A DNA stretch of 64,000 nt from an uncultured Gemmatimonadales bacterium (GCA_963798085.1 CAWCRS010000003.1:672001-736000), one strand, 5' to 3'. Shown: positions 1-13,417, counted from the stretch's first letter. Numbers and translations are program-made. The notes: generated by a model not told the origin, from the sequence alone.

Positions 1-2
1 CG

Positions 3-2081
3 GGGCCGTCCGTTGCTTCCATCGAGCTGAGCGCGACCCTCAAATACCTCGAAGTCCAGAGCACGCTGCAGCTGGCGGCCACGGCCCGCGACGCCGCGGG
101 CGCGGCGCTCACGGGCGTGCCCATCACGTGGACGAGCAGCGCGGCGACAGTCGCATTGGTGGACGGCAACGGCCTGGTGACGGGCAAGGCGGCGGGCGCG
201 GCGAGAATCACGGCCAGCGCGGGCGGGCAGAGCGCCAGTGTGGACCTCAACGTGCGCGATAACGCTCCATTAGCAACGACGCTTGCTGGCCGTGTGGAGC
301 GCGTCGACATCGTGCTGGAAGCGGGCAAGACGTACCACGCCACGGCCGACCTGCAGCTGGTGGCGGACCGCATGTTGCGCATCGACGGCACGTTGACCTA
401 CGACCCGGGTGTGGCCGTGAGCGTGGGTTCGCGCGACAGCGTGATCCTCAACGGCGACATCAAGCCGGCGGGCGGCTCCCTTCCCGGCCGGGCGCGCCTC
501 GCCGCGGCGGGCCTGAATGCGGGGCTGGGCCAGGACGTGGTGGTCTGGGGCCGCAACATGAACGTCGGCAGCGCCAATCGCTCGGGCACCCTCCAGGGCG
601 AGGGCAACGTCTACGTGGGTGGGCTGGCCGATCCCGCGGCACCGATGATCGAGGGCGTCGTTCACTTCCAGAACGTCCTGATCGCGGCGGGTACCGGCTC
701 CAACGGCACGGCGCAGGCGAAGGATGGGACCGCGGGCGGCAACCTCGAGATCGGGACAGCGCTGGCGCAGAACGCCGCGGCCCAGGCCTCGGGCAACGGC
801 ACCGGCCAGACGTTTAGTGCCATTGTGTTTCTGGGGGACACGCACTTCAACGGCGGAACCGGCGGCAATGGCTACGAAATCGGCTCGCACGCTGATGCCA
901 CCGTGGCCGGCAATCTCGTCACGGCGGTTGCCGGGCGGGGCGGACCGGGCGGTCATGTCAACATCCGGGTCAGCGGCGACTTTTCCATGCTCATTGCCCA
1001 TTCGGTGGAGATCGTGGGCGGATTCGGCGGCTTCGGCGGTGCAGTCGACTTCGAGTACAACACGGGGGAAGAACACCTGCTCGACGGTTCGGGCCCGAAC
1101 GGCGAAGGCGAATCCCTGATGGCGACCACGGGCGCGGGCGGGCTGGGCGGCCTCGTCCGGCTGACGGTGGGCCAAATCCTCAACCCCCAGTTCAACCCGG
1201 TGATCATCGGCGGCACCGGTGGCGGCAACGGCTCCCTGTTCGTGCAGGGTGGCAACGGCGTGAACGGTGCTAGCGGCGGCAATATCACGGCGCGAATGGG
1301 TGCGGCGGGCACGGCCGGCGATGCCAGCGCCGAGACGCTGACCGGCTCGAAGCAGTACAGCGTGGGCAATGCGGCGCACCAGGCGGCCGTCTCCACAACC
1401 AACGCGCTTTGGGGTGGTGCGGCTCCGGACAACAGCAGGCCGGGCGGGCCGGGCGGCACGGTGGACGTGCAGGAAGAAGGCGGCGGGCCACCCTACGTCG
1501 GTACCGAGATCAACCTCGATGCGACCAGCGTCGGCGGCAAAGGCTTCAACGGCTGCAACAGCAATCCGCTCACGAACGGTACGGATGGCGGGCCGGCCGG
1601 CAAGCTCAATTTCCCTGGGACGAAAGTGCCGAACATGTTCGGCTCGTACCGTGGCGGGGATGGCGGCGATGGCAATCAGCCGGGCGTGGGCGGCGCGCAG
1701 GGCCAGGACATTTCGCGCGGCACGGCGATCGGCTCGAAGGGCCAGAACGGCAAGGCGTGCCCGCAGCTGATCACGGTGAGCCAGACGTCGATCGCGTTCA
1801 CGCACCACGTCGGCATGACGGCCTGCCCGCAGCTCGCCGCCACGCTGAACATCCAGAATCTCACGGGCAGCACGGTGGCCGTGACGGTTCAGATCCTCAA
1901 CACGACTTCGCTGACGGCTTCGCCCAACAGCCTGGGCCTGGGACCGAATGGACAGCTGCCGGTGAACATCTTCTTCAACTGCAACCGCACCAGCTCGTTT
2001 ACCGGTACCGTGCGCATCAACGCGATACAGAACGGGGTGACGCAGACGATCGACATTCCCGTGACGGCCACGGTGTCGTGA
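3..2081 (+). CDS. Ig-like (Big_2) domain, glycine-rich surface/secreted protein; 5' end outside window
   Basis: Frame open from base 3 (..VASIELSATLKYLEVQSTLQLAATARDAAG..ITWTSSAATVALVDGNGLVTG, Big_2 pattern); long GxGG-rich middle; C-terminal beta-sandwich-like segment. Confidence 0.75.
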   Translation, partial: GPSVASIELSATLKYLEVQSTLQLAATARDAAGAALTGVPITWTSSAATVALVDGNGLVTGKAAGAARITASAGGQSASVDLNVRDNAPLATTLAGRVERVDIVLEAGKTYHATADLQLVADRMLRIDGTLTYDPGVAVSVGSRDSVILNGDIKPAGGSLPGRARLAAAGLNAGLGQDVVVWGRNMNVGSANRSGTLQGEGNVYVGGLADPAAPMIEGVVHFQNVLIAAGTGSNGTAQAKDGTAGGNLEIGTALAQNAAAQASGNGTGQTFSAIVFLGDTHFNGGTGGNGYEIGSHADATVAGNLVTAVAGRGGPGGHVNIRVSGDFSMLIAHSVEIVGGFGGFGGAVDFEYNTGEEHLLDGSGPNGEGESLMATTGAGGLGGLVRLTVGQILNPQFNPVIIGGTGGGNGSLFVQGGNGVNGASGGNITARMGAAGTAGDASAETLTGSKQYSVGNAAHQAAVSTTNALWGGAAPDNSRPGGPGGTVDVQEEGGGPPYVGTEINLDATSVGGKGFNGCNSNPLTNGTDGGPAGKLNFPGTKVPNMFGSYRGGDGGDGNQPGVGGAQGQDISRGTAIGSKGQNGKACPQLITVSQTSIAFTHHVGMTACPQLAATLNIQNLTGSTVAVTVQILNTTSLTASPNSLGLGPNGQLPVNIFFNCNRTSSFTGTVRINAIQNGVTQTIDIPVTATVS

Positions 2082-2121
2082 GCGCTCATGGCAGGCGACG
2101 ACTGCGTCTTCATCCGCCGGC

Positions 2122-2751
2122 TCAGTGCGGCCCGGCGTGCCAGCGCACGCCCAGTTCTGCGCGCGTGCGGTGCGCGTCGGACAGATCGACGTCGCGGTAG
2201 ATGGGAGAGCCCTCGGGTCCGACATTGCGGCGCGCATCGCCCACCGCAGCGAGCAGCGCGCCCGCCAGCCGCACCGCGATGCGCTCGCCCAGGTACAGCT
2301 GCACGCCGGCACTGGCGTCCAGGTGCGTGAACGCCGTGCCGGTCCAGCGCGTCCGGCCCGCTCCCCCGCCGGCAAACGGCATGATCCGCCCGCCGCCCGG
2401 CAAGCGGACCTCCACACCTGCCGAAAGATCGTTGTAGCCGGAAGATTCCGACCCGGCGGCGTCGCTGTAGAGCGTGAACGAGCCGGTCGCCCACGGTGCC
2501 AGCCAGGGCGTGAAAGCCCAGTCGACGCTCAGTCCGAGACCTGTGGCCGCGGGGAATCGATGCTCGTCCGTCGAAGCGATTTCCGGAATCGCTTCGGTGA
2601 ATCCCCACGCGGACGTGCGCAACCCGTCGACCCCCAGGCTCAGCCCCTTCCGCACCCGCGACCCGTCGGGCCGCTGTGCCTCCAGCCGGCCGCCAGGCAG
2701 GGAGAGCAGCAGCACGGCAACGATCATCCTTCCGCCCGCATTTCTCTTCAT
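2122..2751 (-). CDS. outer-membrane beta-barrel domain protein
   Basis: Signal peptide (MKRN..VAVLLLSL..LEAQ), alternating amphipathic strands, C-terminal ELGVRW. Confidence 0.6.
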   Translation of the reverse strand: MKRNAGGRMIVAVLLLSLPGGRLEAQRPDGSRVRKGLSLGVDGLRTSAWGFTEAIPEIASTDEHRFPAATGLGLSVDWAFTPWLAPWATGSFTLYSDAAGSESSGYNDLSAGVEVRLPGGGRIMPFAGGGAGRTRWTGTAFTHLDASAGVQLYLGERIAVRLAGALLAAVGDARRNVGPEGSPIYRDVDLSDAHRTRAELGVRWHAGPH

Positions 2752-3070
2752 TGGCACAACCTCCCGCGCGTGTGCGCCTGCCATTGCGTGCTGGCACGGG
2801 GCAGGCCGGGGCGTTCGCAAAGCCGGGCAGCAGTGTGACCGCAGAAGAATAGGCACAACGGCGACGGCGCGACGGCACCGCCGGGATCGCTGGCAGCAAT
2901 GCGGGTGCACCCGACGCGATTCGCGGGACCGCGCGAGAATGGGGAACCCGCTCAACGACTTTCCAACGGCGCGCGTCTGTCGTATCGTGCACACTGTGCG
3001 CCCGGAAGGGCACGCGTCTTTCCGGTTCATGCATGTACCGGCCAACCGGCCCACCCTCGAATTGAATCGT

Positions 3071-3720
3071 ATGAGAGGCCCAACGCGTCGAACGATCGCG
3101 CCCGCGATCCTCGCGGTCGCGGCTCTGGCCGCCTGCAGCAGCGCCACGCGCTCGCCCGCGGCCGCCTCGCCCACGCCCGTCGCCAATGCCAACATTGGCC
3201 CGGGCTCGCGCTACCCGTTCACGCCCGCCGATGTGCACTTCATGACGGGCATGATCCATCACCACGCGCAGGCGGTGCTGATGGCGGGCTGGGCGCCGAC
3301 GCACGGCGCCAGTGCGTCACTCCAGTCGCTCTGCGCCCGCATCAAGGTGGGGCAGAGCGATGAGATCCTGCTCATGCAGAACTGGCTGCGCGACCGGCAC
3401 CAGCCGGTACCCGACGGCAACCCGTCGCACGACATGATGCCGGGCATGGAGCACATGATGATGCCGGGCATGCTGACGCCGGAGCAGCTGAAGCAGCTGG
3501 ACGACGCGCGCGGCACCGAGTTCGACCGGCTGTTCCTCGAATTCATGATCATGCACCACCAGGGCGCGCTCACCATGGTGCACGAACTGTTCAGCACACC
3601 CGCGTCCGGTCAGGACGACATCATCTTCAAGTTCGCATCGGATGTGAACGCGGATCAGACCACAGAGATCGATCGGATGGGGAAGATGCTCGACGCGTTG
3701 TCGGCCGGAGGGCAGACCCC

Positions 3721-3724
<4 letters not shown>
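3071..3724 (+). CDS. DUF305 family lipoprotein
   Basis: Lipobox LAAC; DVHFMTGMIHHHAQAV and FLEFMIMHHQGA double-His ferritin-like motifs. Confidence 0.9.
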
Positions 3725-5700
<1,976 letters not shown>

Positions 5701-5812
5701 TCGAACCAGCCGCGCGGAAGTCGGTTGCGCGGCACGGCGCTAATGGTGTGTCAGGAAGGATGAGGGCGGTGGCCGACACCGCCCTCATCTGTTTCCGGAA
5801 AGCAGGGATTCC

Positions 5813-6214
5813 ATGACGGCACAGGCCGAGATTCAGCAGATCGTCCGCAGCATCAATGCCGCATGGACGGAAGGCCGACCCGATGACCTGGGCCGATTTC
5901 TGGCACCCGATGTCGTCTTCGTGATTCCGGACGCCGGGGCTCGCGCAGCGGGCCGCGACGCCTGCGTTCAGACCTACCGCGACTTCCTCGCGCAGGCCGT
6001 GCTGCACCGTTTCGTCGCCAGTGACGCGACCGTGGATGTGGCGGACGCGACGGCGGTGGCACTCTGCCCCTACGAAATCGAGTACGAGATCGGCGGCAGG
6101 CGCTGGCGGGGCGACGGACACGATCTGCTGGTGTTCACGCACACCGATGGCGGCTGGCGCGTCGTCTGGCGTACCATGCTGAGCAAGCCGGAACAGGAGA
6201 TGGGGACGGGCTGA
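5813..6214 (+). CDS. NTF2-like / DUF4440 family protein
   Basis: 133 aa; INAAWTEG..LAPDVVFV..GWRVVWR SnoaL/NTF2 pattern. Confidence 0.8.
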   Translation: MTAQAEIQQIVRSINAAWTEGRPDDLGRFLAPDVVFVIPDAGARAAGRDACVQTYRDFLAQAVLHRFVASDATVDVADATAVALCPYEIEYEIGGRRWRGDGHDLLVFTHTDGGWRVVWRTMLSKPEQEMGTG

Positions 6215-6349
6215 TCCGCCCGGCTCGGCCGTTTCACCAGGCACCGTTCCTCGCGCATGGGTTCGCGAAACGCGTAAACACGCGTTGCCTCCAGCGGATC
6301 CTTCATCCGCGTATCCTGCATGGGCGCCCTTCGTGCTGAGTGAGGGTTC

Positions 6350-7661
6350 ATGCGACGATTCAGTATCGTGCTCTTCAGCGCGCTCGCGCTCGGGTTCGTG
6401 CCCCTGCCGGCTCCCGTCGCGGCACAGGCGCCTGCGAAGTCCGTCACGGCTCTCGTGGATGCAACCGTCATCGATGAGGCCGGCAGCGCGCCGCTGGCGC
6501 ATCGCACGATCCTGATCGAAGGCGATCGCATCACTGCCATTTTTGCGACCGGATCGCGACCGCTGCCCGCGGGCGCCACGACGGTTTCGCTCACCGGCCG
6601 ATTCGTGATTCCCGGCCTCATCGACACGCACGTCCACCTGGCCACGGATCCGTCGGGCGAGGATGCGCGGCCGCGGGCGGAACGGCGGCTGCACACGGCG
6701 CTGGTCGGCGGCGTGACCACGGTCCGCGACATGGCCGGCGATACGCGCGCACTCGGATCGCTCGCGCGCGACGCACTGCTCGGCTCGATCCCGAGCCCGG
6801 ACATCTTCTACGCCGCGCTGTTCGCGGGACCCTCGTTCTTCGCGGATCCACGCACGCACAGCAGTGCGCAGGGCGCCGTGGCGGGCGAAGTGCCGTGGAT
6901 GCGCGCGGTCACCGATGCGACCGATCTGCGACAGGTGGTAGCAGAAGCGCGCGGCACGGGCGCGACCGGCATCAAGCTCTACGCCGCGCTGGACTCGGCG
7001 CTCGCCCGGCGCATAACGGAAGAAGCGCACCGGCAGAAGCTGCGGGTCTGGGCGCACGCGTCGCAGGGCGTACCTGGCAGGTCGGTCGGGGCGACGCCGC
7101 TCGGTGTGGTCCGCGCCGGCGTCGACGTCATTCTCGCACGCCGACATGCTGCGCTACGCGCTGGCGCGCGCGGCGGTCGATTCCGCGCTGGCCGCCATGC
7201 GCGCCGGACGGCCGCTGGAACTGTCGTCGCCCGAATTGAATACGGTGTTAGACGAAATCGTGCGTCGCGGCACGATGCTCGAGCCCACCCTGTTCGTCTA
7301 CGGTGATGCCCCCGAGCGCCTGGCCGTTGCCGCGGCGATCACGCGGCGGGCCCACCAGGCAGGCGTGGAGCTGACGGCCGGCACCGACTCGATCGCCGGC
7401 ACGGACGCGCTGATCCCGAACCTGCACGAGGAGCTGCAGCTGCTGGTGGAGCGCGCGGGACTCACACCCGCGGAAGCATTGCGCGCCGCCACGCGCAACG
7501 CGGCCGAAGCCATTGGCGTGCTCGATTCACGCGGCACCATCGAGGCGGGCAAGCTCGCCGATCTCGTCGTGCTGCGCGCCGACCCGCTGCGCGATATCCG
7601 CAACACCCGCCAGATCGAAATGGTCTTCAAGCACGGGAAGGCATACCGGCCAGGCGACTGA
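6350..7661 (+). CDS. secreted amidohydrolase family protein (frameshift near 7130)
   Basis: PGLIDTHVH, GVTTVRD in ORF 6350-7306; AGTD and GTIEAGKLADLVVL in ORF 7104-7661. Confidence 0.85.
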
Positions 7662-7745
7662 ATCGCCGGCGTGAATGGCAGCGAGGATGTCAACCCACCC
7701 GTGAATCTGGTGGAATCCACTCGCTGTTCGCGCGGGGCGGTGCAG

Positions 7746-8147
7746 CTAACTCGCAGGCTTCAGCACGACGTCGACATCCTGCCGATCCACGTGTCCGCAG
7801 GTATTGCAGCCTGCTTCGGTGCCGGTGATGGTCAGACTCAACTGGGTGGATTGATAGCCCGGAGCGCTGAGCTGGACCTGGTAGGTGCCGGGGCCCCCCA
7901 TGATGTGGCAGAGGGTCACCGGCGCCTGCTGGCAGGGCCCGCTGCTGCTCGCCGCACCTGTGACGGTGGCCACGAGCCCGGGAATCCCATCCGGCGCGTT
8001 GGCCGCCGTAACGGATACGGTCGCGGCTTCCGGCACGGCGCAGGGCAGGTAAATGCAATCGGCAGCATTGGAGCACGCCAGCAGCGCGCCACCGGCGGCG
8101 GCGATGCGGGCAAGCCGGGCCGCCGCATGTGGCCAACGATTGAGCAT
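7746..8147 (-). CDS. small lipoprotein with carboxypeptidase-regulatory-like beta-sandwich
   Basis: Lipobox LLAC; PGTYQVQLSAPGY motif; GGAGG RBS. Confidence 0.65.
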   Translation of the reverse strand: MLNRWPHAAARLARIAAAGGALLACSNAADCIYLPCAVPEAATVSVTAANAPDGIPGLVATVTGAASSSGPCQQAPVTLCHIMGGPGTYQVQLSAPGYQSTQLSLTITGTEAGCNTCGHVDRQDVDVVLKPAS

Positions 8148-8189
8148 CGGTCCTCCCTGGTTCAGGCAGCGGCTGACGTTGCTCGGTCC

Positions 8190-8879
8190 TCACGCACGGG
8201 TGTCGCGTTTTCCGGTTGCCGCGGCGTCCGGCTCGGCAGCCCGTGTTGCGCACGCTGCAGAATAACACGCAGCCAGCTCGGCCTCCGTCGTGACGCACAT
8301 GCCCAGATCCCGGAGCAGCCCATCGCGCAGGCCGTAGATCCAGCCGTGCACGGCAAGGGTCTGGCCGCGCGACCATGCGTCGCGGACGATGGTCGTCTGG
8401 CAAACGTGTGCGACCTGCTCGATCACGTTCAGCTCGCACAGGCGAGCATGCCGCTCCGCCTCCGTCTCGAGCGCGTTGAGCTGCGACCGGTGCTTGTCGC
8501 GCACGTCCTGGACGTGGCGCAGCCAGTTGTCGATCAGCCCGAGTTTCGTCTCGCGCAGAGCGGCCAGCACGCCGCCGCAGCCATAGTGCCCGCACACGAT
8601 GACGTGACGCACCTGCAGCACATCCACTGCGAACTGGAGTGTTGACAGGCAGTTCAGGTCGGTGTGCACCACCACGTTCGCCACATTGCGGTGGACGAAC
8701 ATCTCACCGGGCCGCAGACCCGCGATCTGGTTGGCGGGCACGCGACTGTCCGAGCAGCCGATCCACAGGAATTCCGGCGCCTGCTGGTGGGAGAGCCGCT
8801 CGAAGAACTCCGGATCCTGCCGCACCATGTCCGCGGCCCAGTCCCGGTTCTTCTCGAATATGTGCGTAAGAACTCGCAT
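8190..8879 (-). CDS. can: beta-class carbonic anhydrase
   Basis: WIGCSDSRVP, HRNVAN, VCGHYGCGG Zn-ligand motifs. Confidence 0.95.
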   Translation of the reverse strand: MRVLTHIFEKNRDWAADMVRQDPEFFERLSHQQAPEFLWIGCSDSRVPANQIAGLRPGEMFVHRNVANVVVHTDLNCLSTLQFAVDVLQVRHVIVCGHYGCGGVLAALRETKLGLIDNWLRHVQDVRDKHRSQLNALETEAERHARLCELNVIEQVAHVCQTTIVRDAWSRGQTLAVHGWIYGLRDGLLRDLGMCVTTEAELAACYSAACATRAAEPDAAATGKRDTRA

Positions 8880-8898
8880 CCATCCCCAATGCGGCGTC

Positions 8899-9052
8899 GC
8901 TGAACGCCTGCGTTGTGCGGCGGCCGGATCAGGATCACGCGCCACGCGTCGCGGGCGGATCCGGAGAGCATCATAGCCGGGACCGACCGAGGTTCGCCAG
9001 CCACGCCGGCGCGCAGTCCCGCGCCGGGCGGTGCTGTAACAGTCTGTTAGAG
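8899..9052 (-). mobile_element. attC-like recombination site
   Basis: Minus strand: CTCTAAC-5nt-GTTACAGC ... GCACAAC-6nt-GTTCAGC (R''/L''/L'/R' layout), 20 bp upstream of can ATG. Confidence 0.55.
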
Positions 9053-9214
9053 GGCCGGGCCGGGCGATCCCGGCGCCGGGGTGCGTGCTTCGTCCCGCCA
9101 CCACGCCGGCCCGCGTCCGTTCCGCTCCACCTGACCCTGCGGTCTTTCGCCTCGCCCACCGCGACCCCAGGTTAGGCGAAAACCGGCGACCGCCACCCAC
9201 ACATACGATCTACC

Positions 9215-10561
9215 GTGACCACGATCATCGGCGACCCCTCGCCTCCACCGCCAGCGGCTTCGCCCGCAGAACGGCAGAGCGATCCTGCCAACCCGGCCGC
9301 GCCACTGCCTCCGCACTCCCTGGCGCTGCGCGCACTCGAGCGCTTCGCGTTCATCGCGTTCGCGCTGTATCACCTGCCGCTGTTCGTCAACAACTATCCA
9401 TCGCTGGGCGGCGGCGGGTTCAACAATACGGGCCTCGCACCGAAGTGGGGACACGTATTCACGCCGGTCGGCATTGGGTGGCGCGCCACCTGTTCCACAT
9501 GAGCGGGCCCATGACGCAGGCGGCGGCCGGCGACAACGGCGATGTGGGCGAGGAATGGGCGAGGCTGCTGGTGGCGGTGGTGATCGGCATCATTGGTGCG
9601 CTGGTGTGGACGTTCGCGGACCGCAAGCGCCCGCGCGGCCAGTGGGTGGGCAATGCGCTGCAGCTGCTGCTCCGCTACTCGATCGCGCTGGGCCTCATCA
9701 GCTACGGCATCGCCAAGATCTACCCGCAGCAGTTCCCGCCCATCGGCCCGTTCGAGCTGGAGCAGCGCGTGGGTGATCTCACGCCCATGGCGCTGCTCTG
9801 GGAATTCATGAAGTACTCGCGGCCGTACGCGCTGTTCGGCGGCCTGATGGAACTGCTGGCGGTGGGGCTGCTGTGCTTCCGGCGCACCGCCACGCTGGGC
9901 GCGCTCGTCTGTCTCGTCGTAATGACTAACGTCGCGTTAATGAACTGGGCGTATGGCGTGCCCGTCAAATTGTATGCGACGATGCTCGTTGTGTCCGCGA
10001 TGGTGCTCGTGCTCTACGATCTGCCGCGGCTCATTGCGGTGTTCGTCACGAACCGGCCGACATCGCCCTCGCCCATGTCATCGCCATTGCAGGATCGCAT
10101 TCCGGCACCGTTCCGCTGGACGCTCAAGATCGCCGTGGTCGGCAGCGTTGTGGTGTCATTCGGTGATCGCGATGGCGCCATCGGCGGCGCGGGCGACGGC
10201 GGCGTCCCCGCTGGAGGGGACGTGGCTGACAACCGCGTTCGCATGGAACGGCGCGTCGCTCGACTCGACGAGCAGTCCCTTGCGCTGGCAGCGTGTCATT
10301 GTGCAGGGCGGCACCATGCTGGTTCGCCTGCGATCCGACGCGCTGTTTGCCTGCCGCACCACGCCTGGCGGGGAGGACGCCACCCTCACGCTCGCCTGCG
10401 CCGGCAACCGCAAGGGGACCCTGCACTGGGCGCGGAGCGGCGATCAACTCACGCTGGCGGGTACGATGGGCAGCGACAGCGTGTCGCTGTCGGCGAAGCA
10501 CATGAATCTGGACGAGTATCGGCTGCTGGGAACGAAGTTTCGTTTGATATCAGACCGTTAG
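9215..10561 (+). CDS. DoxX-like membrane protein (frameshifts near 9478 and 10160)
   Basis: YGIAKIYPQQFP..VGDLTPMALLWEFMKYS..YGVPVKL motif; pieces in three frames. Confidence 0.75.
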
Positions 10562-10574
10562 CACGAGCCGTCGC

Positions 10575-11030
10575 TCACTCCCCCATCGTCGGCAGCTGGG
10601 ATTTGCCGGCTGCATCCCGTGCGCGTTGTCGCGCATCGGCGGCGTCGAAGGTGTGCCAGAGGTTCCAGACCCAGAAGGCTACTCCAAGGCCGTACAGCGT
10701 CCCGCCCGCGCCGGTCAGATAGATGCCGGCGTTCAGGGCGTGCGGTCGCACGAGGAATCCGAGAACGAGACCGGCCAGGCCCAGGTTGGCCAGGTACAGG
10801 TGCGCCACCGCCAGACGCCGGCTCATGAGCGGATGACCGAAGAGTCTGGGCAGCAGCTGATAGCCCACGCCGAACACCAGCATGGTCAGGAACCCCACGA
10901 CATTCATGTGCGCGTGCGCCGGCAGGTAGATCACCCACGCGGGATGGATGGCCATGGCGATGCCGAGCAGGATGCCGGCCGCGAACCACAGCAGGGACGA
11001 GCGAATGAACGCCTTGATGTACGATTCCAT
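10575..11030 (-). CDS. small heme-copper-oxidase-subunit-I-like membrane protein
   Basis: 4 TM helices; AHAHMNVVGFLTMLVFGVGYQLLPR motif. Confidence 0.7.
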   Translation of the reverse strand: MESYIKAFIRSSLLWFAAGILLGIAMAIHPAWVIYLPAHAHMNVVGFLTMLVFGVGYQLLPRLFGHPLMSRRLAVAHLYLANLGLAGLVLGFLVRPHALNAGIYLTGAGGTLYGLGVAFWVWNLWHTFDAADARQRARDAAGKSQLPTMGE

Positions 11031-11167
11031 TTTGCCGGATGTGGGGTTCGCAGGACTGTTGCCCCAGTATCGCGCCTGCAATCAGCTGCGGGCAATCCCC
11101 GCTGCGGGATCACGGCTTGCTGGCTCGATCCTTCGTGGGTGCGTTCTGCACCGCGCGCGAAGATCGG

Positions 11168-12103
11168 CTAACGCGCTGTATCGCGCAATGCGAGCAGACT
11201 CAGGCGGATCGACGCTGACGTGGCCGTAGCGCACCACCCAGTGCAGGTGGGGTCCGGTCACTCGCCCGGTCGCGCCCACGCGGCCAATGACCTGCCCGGG
11301 CTGTACGGTATCGCCCACGGCCACGTCCTGGTGGCTCAGGTGGAAGTACGCCGAGACCAGCCCCTCGCCGTGATCAATGTAGATGACGTTGCCGGCCAGG
11401 AAGAAGGAAGCGACGAGGGCGACGACGCCCCGGGCCGCGGCCCGCACCGGCGCACCCACCGCACCGGCGAAGTCGGTGCCCAGGTGACGGCTCTGCACCT
11501 GGCCGTTGAACTCGCGGCCGCCGCCATAACCGCTTGTTATACGCGTGGCGCGCGGGCGCACCACGCGGCCATCGAAGAGCAGCGGTTCGTCATGCGAGTG
11601 CGCCGAGATGGCGAAGGCGCGCTCCTGCTCGCCGCGGATGCGCGCGGCGGTCGCGGAATCCGGCGGTGCGCCGAACTTCGGCGCGACGGTCAGCTTCTCG
11701 AGGTGATAGGCGCCGCGCGCGACCGTTATCGCGGCCGCCAGCGTGTCGGTGCGGCCATCGCCATGCGACAACACCAGCGGCAGGTGAACCGTGCCAGCGG
11801 CATCCACGGGCAACGCGGCCAGCGCGTTCCATGTCGCGCCGGTCGCGTGATGGAAATGGAGCGGCTCGCCCGCGAGTGTCGCGCGGATGGCGCTGATGCT
11901 GTCGCCGGGCGCTGCCGTGACGCTCACGCGGAACAGTGTGCCCTGCACGGGCTGCGGCGGCTGCAGTGTCACGGTGGGTGCAGTGTGCTGGGCGGCGGCG
12001 GTGGACGCGAGGGCGGCGGTCAGCGCGAGCGGCGATGACGGGAGCGCGTCGCGTGTGCTCGATGGCGGCTGCGGCAGGCCCTGATCGGAAGGAACTGCAT
12101 CAT
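11168..12103 (-). CDS. M23 family metallopeptidase (frameshifted near both ends)
   Basis: HLGTDF, YFHLS, TGPHLHW motifs. Confidence 0.88.
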
Positions 12104-12261
12104 CACCTGTCTGACTGCGATGGTTGTGTTGCACAGTGATAGAGCGTGGCTCGGCATGACGCAATGGCGAGTGCGCGCGAGGTCCGCGTGTCGGGTAGAA
12201 GTTCCGCGATGGGCGGCTGCCGGCTGTTCAGCGGGTGGCCTGCCTCCCGTGCCAACGAAGC

Positions 12262-12729
12262 TCAGTGCAGGCTCTTGAGCCACATCTGATGATTGAGCCA
12301 AAGCTTGACAGTGCCTGGCCTGCCGGTGCGAAATGCCTCCTCGCCGGCACGATGGATACGCGCGATAAGAGGAGGTTCGTGAGCGTCGAGGAACGACACA
12401 ATGCGTGGCATGGTCTGGATGAGGTTCTGAGCGAGAGCTTCATGCGTATGTTTGCCGACAAGCATAAGCAGGGCAACCCCTGCTCGCATCACCATGTCTC
12501 GCTCGATCGTGTTGTAGCGGATCTCTTTGTTGTGGGTAAGAGCGATCCAACCGCGACGACCAATTTCCCGCAGCCACTCTGTGTCTGGCGTGTCAGGCGC
12601 GAAATGTGTGTCGTGGCGTTCCACACGGAATCCTGCCCGCACCAGCGCGTCTGGGATGATGCGACCGAGATCTCGATCTGCAAAGAATATGCGATCAGGC
12701 TGCGGCTTCGAAGAGGATCGCCTCTTCAA
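12262..12729 (-). CDS. VapC45-like PIN-domain toxin
   Basis: FFADRDLG..PDTEWL..GWIALTHNKEIRY pattern; overlaps upstream antitoxin. Confidence 0.8.
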   Translation of the reverse strand: MKRRSSSKPQPDRIFFADRDLGRIIPDALVRAGFRVERHDTHFAPDTPDTEWLREIGRRGWIALTHNKEIRYNTIERDMVMRAGVALLMLVGKHTHEALAQNLIQTMPRIVSFLDAHEPPLIARIHRAGEEAFRTGRPGTVKLWLNHQMWLKSLH

Positions 12730-13417
12730 GCTCCGCTTCCCCGAGATTGTAATCGCGCATTACTTCTTCCGGAGACTCACCGGAATCCAGGCGCTGCGCC
12801 ACTGCCCGGGTCGAGACACCGACGCGTCTGATGATGGGGCGCCCGAATGAAATGAAGGGTGCGATGAGAATGACTTTCTGGCCAGCATTCTGCGGGAGCT
12901 TCTCCAATGGGAAGAACTCCGAAGGAAGTTTGCTGGAGTCGTACTCAATGCGCTCAAGGTACTGTTCAAGTATTGTTCGCATCGCCAGTTGTTGGGAGCG
13001 TGAGAGCTCAAGGATGTGCGTATAGCGATCCAGGAAGAGCTGCTTGGCGGAGGTCTTGAGCTGTGGATCAAGCAAGAGCCTGGTGATGCCAAGATCCTGC
13101 TCAGCGATCGCCAATGCATCGCGAATCGTGGAAAGGGTTACTTCGTGCACCAGGCGGAGCGCGCGAATGATGTGAGCCTCTACGAGATTGAAGAAGGATA
13201 GCCTCGCATCCGACGTGGCCGGCCTGTCCAATACTGGAACGAAGAAGCCGAGGTCAGCTTTTCTGCGGTAGGCCTGACCCACCGTCCAAGCTCGGAGCGT
13301 GCTTGCCGGAATCCCGGTAGCTCGAGCTGCCTCCGGGTAGGAGTACCGCGGTTCGTCGCGCGGATCGGCACCGCCGTAAAGGCTCAGGTCTACGGCACTT
13401 GTGGCGGTCTGGATGAT
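12695..13417 (-). CDS. VapB45-like HTH + DUF433 antitoxin
   Basis: Frame extends upstream of ORF call: LYGGADPRDEPRYSYPEAARATGIPASTLRAW (HTH); LSFFNLVEAH; SFGRP..GESPEEVMRDY (DUF433). Confidence 0.8.
   Translation of the reverse strand: MIQTATSAVDLSLYGGADPRDEPRYSYPEAARATGIPASTLRAWTVGQAYRRKADLGFFVPVLDRPATSDARLSFFNLVEAHIIRALRLVHEVTLSTIRDALAIAEQDLGITRLLLDPQLKTSAKQLFLDRYTHILELSRSQQLAMRTILEQYLERIEYDSSKLPSEFFPLEKLPQNAGQKVILIAPFISFGRPIIRRVGVSTRAVAQRLDSGESPEEVMRDYNLGEAELEEAILFEAAA

Noticed and set aside
270..2417. Long antisense ORFs (also 5423-7147, 13896-15824, 47328-49094 and others)
   Set aside because: Shadow ORFs of high-GC genes; Arg/Ala/Pro-rich with no motifs
9171..9177. GTTAGGC as attC core before the DoxX-like gene
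   Set aside because: No matching R''/L boxes upstream on that strand
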